A stretch of 53,529 bases of DNA from Nemertoderma westbladi (lineage: Eukaryota > Animalia > Xenacoelomorpha), in the NCBI GenBank assembly GCA_032718475.1, contig JAUCBJ010006994.1, positions 1 to 53,529 of the forward strand, given 5' to 3'. The first letter of the stretch is position 1. Each line of letters opens with the position of its first letter. Positions 48,008 through 53,529 of this stretch are shown piece after piece. The notes under the pieces were generated by a model that made no database searches, had not been told where the DNA came from, and saw nothing but the letters and a program-made list of their open reading frames with translations. Position numbers and translations under genes: made by a program.

Positions 48008-48742
48008 CGGATAACGATATACGTTATCAAAATGTAAATCAAACACAAATAATAACGGACTAGTTCAGCAATAAACAAAGAAATCACACAGAATGCATAA
48101 ATACTTGAGACAGTGGAACCCACAATAATTTTAACTAATATGGTAATGCCTAACTGATTAATGCAACCTTTCGAACTTACCCCCTCCAAATTTCTCCAGA
48201 AAAACAGATTCCCAGATACAAACCGGACGTGAACCTTTCCGTTTCCAGCGTTGCGGACGAAGTGCGATTTTCCCCAACCAAAATTGTTGAGTTATCTATC
48301 TCCCAAACTTGCTAAACACGGTCTTGCTCTCGTTACAGTCTAGAAATGAGCTCTGAATCCTGAAAAACAAAAGAGTTTGGTTTTACTTTTACAAAAATTT
48401 TGTACCGGTACAATATGGTATTTAAACCCTTTTAAACACCGGTATTCAATTCCAAATATTTTACACACGGTTCGAAATCTGAATTTTTATTCAAAAGATT
48501 AGCACTTAGCTGAGCAACTTAATTTAATCGCTGTATTCACGTGGCAACTTTACCAGCAACATGGGCGGCAACTTTTAGAGCAACTTTTAGAGCGAGTTTA
48601 ACTGTAAAATAGTGGGTCATTTTATCTACTAGCTAGTTTTTGATAATTTAATTTGATTATCCCGCTTTAATTCGCCAACGCAAATTCCTTCAAGTTGCCT
48701 TAAAAGTTGAGCAACTTTTACGGCAACTTTTTTACGTGTTTA

Positions 48743-50910
48743 CCGTCCTCCCGAGGGTGACGTGCAGACGGCGCAACTGGAGTGGCTGGTATGTTTGTCG
48801 CCTCTAGGATCTCCTCTTCCTCGAATATACTGGATCTGATACGTTTATGGTAAAAGGCGGCTCGATACGCCCAAGCTACGGTTAACCAAGCTCCTTTGTT
48901 TCGCCTTTCAGTTTGAAAACGGTCAAACTCCCCATATGTGATACGATTAACCACCTTCTGGAAGTTCCATGTATTTTTATTTTCAGGGTGAATCTGCAAT
49001 AAATATTCTCGCACAACTCTGAATCCACTATCGTGAGGCAAAATATCAACTACCTCTATCAATTCATCATATTGTGGCATAGCGGAGATATATCCTTCTG
49101 ACATCATAGTCTGGGGATTTACCGCCCAAAATCCGAGGTGTGTTCTCATCGGAAATCTTCTTGTGTCGATACGTGTTTGTCAGCTAAATCTTCCCAGTTA
49201 TCAAATAATTTTCTTACAAGTTTCACAGACTCGTGTTCGTAAGGTATATCTCTTAACTGACATTCAGATGCTCGATGTCCCTTTATGTTGCAATATGAGC
49301 ATTGCGCCATAAATCTAAAACATGTGTAGAATGTATGGGATCCATATATCTCCAGCAAGTATAAAACGTATGGGACCCTTGATCTCCACACCATCCACAA
49401 ATCAGTTGAGTTGTAGTAATGTGTTTTCCACTGCATTTTGTCGAATGATGTCCAGCGACGCCACATTTACCACACATCGTATTGGCAGGGTACCACACTC
49501 GCTCATATATGAGATCTCCAATGGGTCGAGCGCTTCCTCCCACACTATAGTCATAATCGTCTGGATCGATAGGTTGGTATGTTTCAGAAGGTTGTATGCA
49601 AACTACAGCATCTGTTGCTTCAAGTTGACGAATCTCCGTCTGAGATTTCTTCGGGAGGTTCCTTTCAATCTCAAGAAGTTCCTCTAGAGGATCATCGATG
49701 GTCGTCGTTACGTCGGAATCATCACCAAGTGACCGATAGGCGCGCGCGTCTGCCGTAATTCGTCGATAACCTCCACGATACGTTCTCCTTCATAAGGTAA
49801 CAATGTAAACATAGATGGTCTTTCGATAAGAGATCCCGCACAGCGAAGATACACGTCTCGAAATATACTAAATCCTGCTCGAGTAAAGGCATTACACTGA
49901 GCGTCGGAATTGTAGAAGGGTTCGAGAAATCGTCTAAACACGTCAGTGTGAATTCTCCCTTCCTCATAGAACGTATGTCCTTCTCCGAGACAAAGTGGAT
50001 GTCTTTTGAGAGTCCTAGACACAATGTCGGCGATTAAATAAACATTCACCGATGGCTCTATCGCTAAATAATATTGTAGTAACGCTCTTGGAGGGGACGT
50101 AATAGCCCAATACAGACATCCTCTCCATTTCAGCTGTGATTCAAATTCATTGATATCCGGGGTATCACCTTCCCCATATATCTCAATATACTTGGTTCTT
50201 TTACTTTCTTTATAATCCCAATTAAACATCAGGTAAGAAATGTATCTTGTTCCGGTCTTATGAGTATCATACTCCCGGAAAAACCCTTGTTCTATAGACC
50301 ATAGTATAAGAGGTTGAGTGTTGACGTAAGGTGTCGGTAATCTGTCATCACTGTCTGACATGCCGGCAAAGTCACTAATCAAGTCTTCTCTTACTCCTGA
50401 TCCAATTTTCACAAAGCTTTTGTCCAGAATAATGTCTCTCACCATCTTCGGTAACATTCTAGCATCGATGTCACAAGCCTGGTCCATCTTCTTTACGACA
50501 TTTGTAATGAGATGATGCCGCTTAGTAGTCCCTTGAGGCATTCGTTTATCGCTTCTTTGTCTACTAAAGACGTGCAAAACTCCGTCTGCTGCTCTAATCT
50601 GTATAGTCTTAGCAGTTAGACTTTGTTGATGGCTGCCGCCCTCGTTATAGTAAAACATATAACCATTTTCATGAAATGACCTAAGCGTCCTGTTCCATTC
50701 GTCCATCAGTTCTGCCTAAGGTTGCCAAATATTCTCTATGTCCTTTTCGTCCTCAAAACGAATAATTTTACCTTGCCAATTTGTTGTGATGTCGGTGTCT
50801 GATTCGAAAGTTCCTGTTCCGATCCATAAACGAATTGTTCTGGTCAGATATCCCTTTAAGTTGCTCGGAGCTATATCGGCACCAGCTCTATCCAGTTCTT
50901 TGAAGTCTTG
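48743..50910 (-). pseudogene. Second, diverged copy of the exonuclease/zinc-knuckle accessory gene
   Basis: Aligns to about 28290-30440 with many third-position changes. Confidence 0.9.
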
Positions 50911-51589
50911 GAAGTAATAAGATGAACCCCTTTTCTGCGACAGTTGGTCCTACTTCGCACCTTAGGTGTTAAGTAGGTCATTAATTAATTAAACAATTAA
51001 TTAATTGGTCGATTAAACAATTAATTAATTGTTTAATCGATCGATTTGTATCAAATAATGTTGCCAAAGACAATTTAATTTGATACAAATCAATCAGATA
51101 GGGACGCGAGATGAATAGATTGTACTACAGTAGATGAAATATACAATACAATAGGAACAATAATACAATATACAGTACATTTGTATTATTTTTGTCATAC
51201 AGTAGAAGGTAAAGGTAGAATGAAATATAAAGATGCGAACGGGGCCCAAAACATAAATTAGCCTCACACGAAAATAAAATGGGCCAGTTTGGTCCTGGTT
51301 CAACCTCTCAATAATCTGTGGCTGTTTGTGCTCTTATTATACGTAGCATGGCTAACCCCATTGAATCCTATGTTGAGTTATACTGTATACCAACATGGGG
51401 TTGCACACATTTTAAATTATATAAACCTCCAGCTTCGTTATCATGTAGAACATTGTCAAATCGCCTGAGAAAATTATAATAAACATCTGGTTTGCAATAC
51501 ATTGCATTCTTTCACATTGTGTTGTGAAGCAGCCTGTGCGCCTGACCGCACATAATTAAATAAGGCCCTCTTTTAATACATAAGCCATA

Positions 51590-51696
51590 GCCACACCCAC
51601 AGCCTCACCCTCAGCCACAACATCACCTTCAGCCATAGCCACAGCATCACCCTCAGCCACAGCCTCACCCTCAGCCACAGCCTCACCTTCAGCCAC
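51590..51696. repeat. 18-bp minisatellite
   Basis: (AGCCTCACCCTCAGCCAC)n variants. Confidence 0.8.
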
Positions 51697-51934
51697 TTTA
51701 TTGTCAAATAAGCCTGAGAAAAATTCAAGAAACATCTGGTTTGCAAAAGATTATTATTTTTTCACAACTTCATTCTAGCCTCCCTCTATAATAGCCCCCA
51801 TTCACTGCATTCCCATTCATTCTCTAATTTTCATTTTTCAAAGTTTTATTTATTTTAATAAAAGTTTTATTTATTTAAAATTTTGTAAAATCATTTAACG
51901 AAAATGAAATACTATCAATTGACATTGCTATATA

Positions 51935-52225
51935 ATGCCTAGTTATGAAAAATGCATAGTTTGTGATAAAGAAATGAGACGAGACAGTATATCCCGCCAT
52001 ATGAGTATACATAGAAATGAAGGTGTAAGGGAACCTTCTCCAAAGAAATTAAAAAATAATGATAATATTTTTAGTGAAGAAGACAACACAAAGAGAGTTG
52101 AGAGTAATTTTCTAGAGATTAAACAAATGATGAAACATAAATTCGAGAAAATCATGAATATTTTGAAAAATATACAGAAACAGCCACCTAGTGAAAAGGA
52201 TGATGAGAGTGAGGAAGATGATTAA
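51935..52225 (+). CDS. Small ORF with a single C2H2-like finger and acidic tail
   Basis: CIVCDKEMRRDSISRHMSIH; acidic codons continue past the stop to about 52355. Confidence 0.4.
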   Translation: MPSYEKCIVCDKEMRRDSISRHMSIHRNEGVREPSPKKLKNNDNIFSEEDNTKRVESNFLEIKQMMKHKFEKIMNILKNIQKQPPSEKDDESEEDD

Positions 52226-52371
52226 TCAGAGGAAAGTGAAAATGATGAAACAGAGAGTGAGATAGAGAAAGAAGAAAATGAGAGTGGTGATGAAGAAAAT
52301 GAGAGCGAGAAAGAAGTCGAGGAACATGAAAGTGGGGAGGAGAATGACTCAGATAATTAGGAGATATTAAG

Positions 52372-52985
52372 ATTCTTCCATCTCACCTTTCTCGAAAGCC
52401 TTATATGCTCTGTATAGGCTAAGAGCTTCTTTCTTTTCACGCGTTGCCTGAGTTACCTCCTCCAACGTGAGTTCGTATGCATCGGGTTCAACAATCTTGG
52501 GTGGACAAACGACAATTTCTCCTGCCTTTGGTCCACACATGGCAAACGAATGATATGGGTTAGATAAAGGATACCCACCTTCCTGATAACGTAGTTGTTG
52601 ATGGTTTGAGCACCTCGATAATATCGGCTCAGGATTTTACTTATTCAAACGCATCGGGATCGCCCTTTGTTGCTCGCGCATACAAGCACCACATTTATAA
52701 TAAAGTTTATAAACTGAAAAGGCTTCTTTCGTTTCTCTATCGTCTCCTCGGGTTCGTCTGTAAAGGCTCTCCTGATATCCCCTTTGCCATTATTAGAAGT
52801 ATGGGTTACGTATAATTAATACTAGAGGGAATACAACAGAGGTTTATGTTAGTTGTGAGGAGATTTGAGAGTTTTCGTCTGCCCTTTGGCTCGACACGCT
52901 CTAAGCCTCCTACCTAAGCCTAAGATCTAGGGTTTCTTTAATGACACACTGGTTCATATTTTAAAAATTTGCCGAAATAAAAAAA
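52372..52985 (-). pseudogene. 5' part and upstream region of the second accessory-gene copy
   Basis: Aligns to 30824-31784 with a deletion equivalent to about 31218-31564. Confidence 0.88.
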
Positions 52986-53529
52986 CGGATCAAAAACTGA
53001 GAAGTTATGGGTTCCAACACTGTAAAGTTATGTTATCAAACGCTGTAAAGTTACGTACAGATTCCTACTCCCACTCGGGCTGTTTGCAAGTGCTATGAAC
53101 TTGTCGCGGTAAAATTTCAATCCTTTAAAATGGTGAGACTTCGACATTGTTTAAAGACCAATAAGTAGCTATTAAATGACAGTGGAATACCACAAAAGAC
53201 CAGATAACTGAATATAATATCATTATATATATTATATATATATAATATAATATCATTTATGTTACATTGATGACTCATTGCTGAGTCTGCTGTGATAAGT
53301 CAAATGTATACAGAGTAAAGCAGGCCTTGACCAATAAAGCCAATAACCAAGCCTTGACCTGGTGGCATCTACTACTAGCACAAGTAAACCACATAATGGA
53401 GTCTACAGTATGTGCTTGGCTTACCCAGATAGAGAGAGAGACTGGTTGGCTATGTACAATACAAGGCAGCTATCCACTGCGTCAAGATGCCATGAAGCAA
53501 GTTCTTTTGCTATTAGGAGTCCTAATAGC

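Larger units (their letters stand above)
26440..48740 (-). mobile_element. BEL/Pao LTR retrotransposon C (decayed gag-pol plus large 3' accessory gene); 5' LTR absent
   Basis: gag DUF1759 and Cys/His boxes, PR, RT, RH and IN motifs in BEL order; putative 3' LTR at 26440-27111. Confidence 0.9.

Overview
Eukaryotic (animal, probably invertebrate) genomic window that is almost entirely nested transposons. One host gene end is present: an Ig-like exon at 4589-5071 spliced to a GPI-signal exon at 9191-9348, with a decayed Mag-type Ty3/gypsy element (79-bp LTR, tRNA-Leu PBS, TAACT TSD) in that intron. Three BEL/Pao LTR-retrotransposon lineages make up most of the rest. Lineage A is a young gag-only element at 34810-41752 (minus, ACAAA TSD) inserted into the RNase H of lineage C, with a diverged partial copy at 1-1574. 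Lineage B is a gag-protease element at 9805-21423 with RT deleted in frame. Lineage C is a decayed full gag-pol element at about 26440-48740 (minus). Most notable signals: (1) C carries a large extra gene 3' of integrase (about 1240 codons when reconstructed) with a WRN/EXD/Mut-7-like DEDDy 3'-5' exonuclease domain and three CCHC knuckles; a second copy of it shows signs of purifying selection, and its N-terminal domain has a distant homolog at the same position in B. (2) Neither A nor B has a tRNA PBS; in both, the bases right after the 5' LTR are perfectly complementary to a site inside their own LTR, suggesting tRNA-independent self-priming. (3) Several duplicated RNA structures with compensatory changes lie in the UTRs. 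All calls are by eye; no searches were run.
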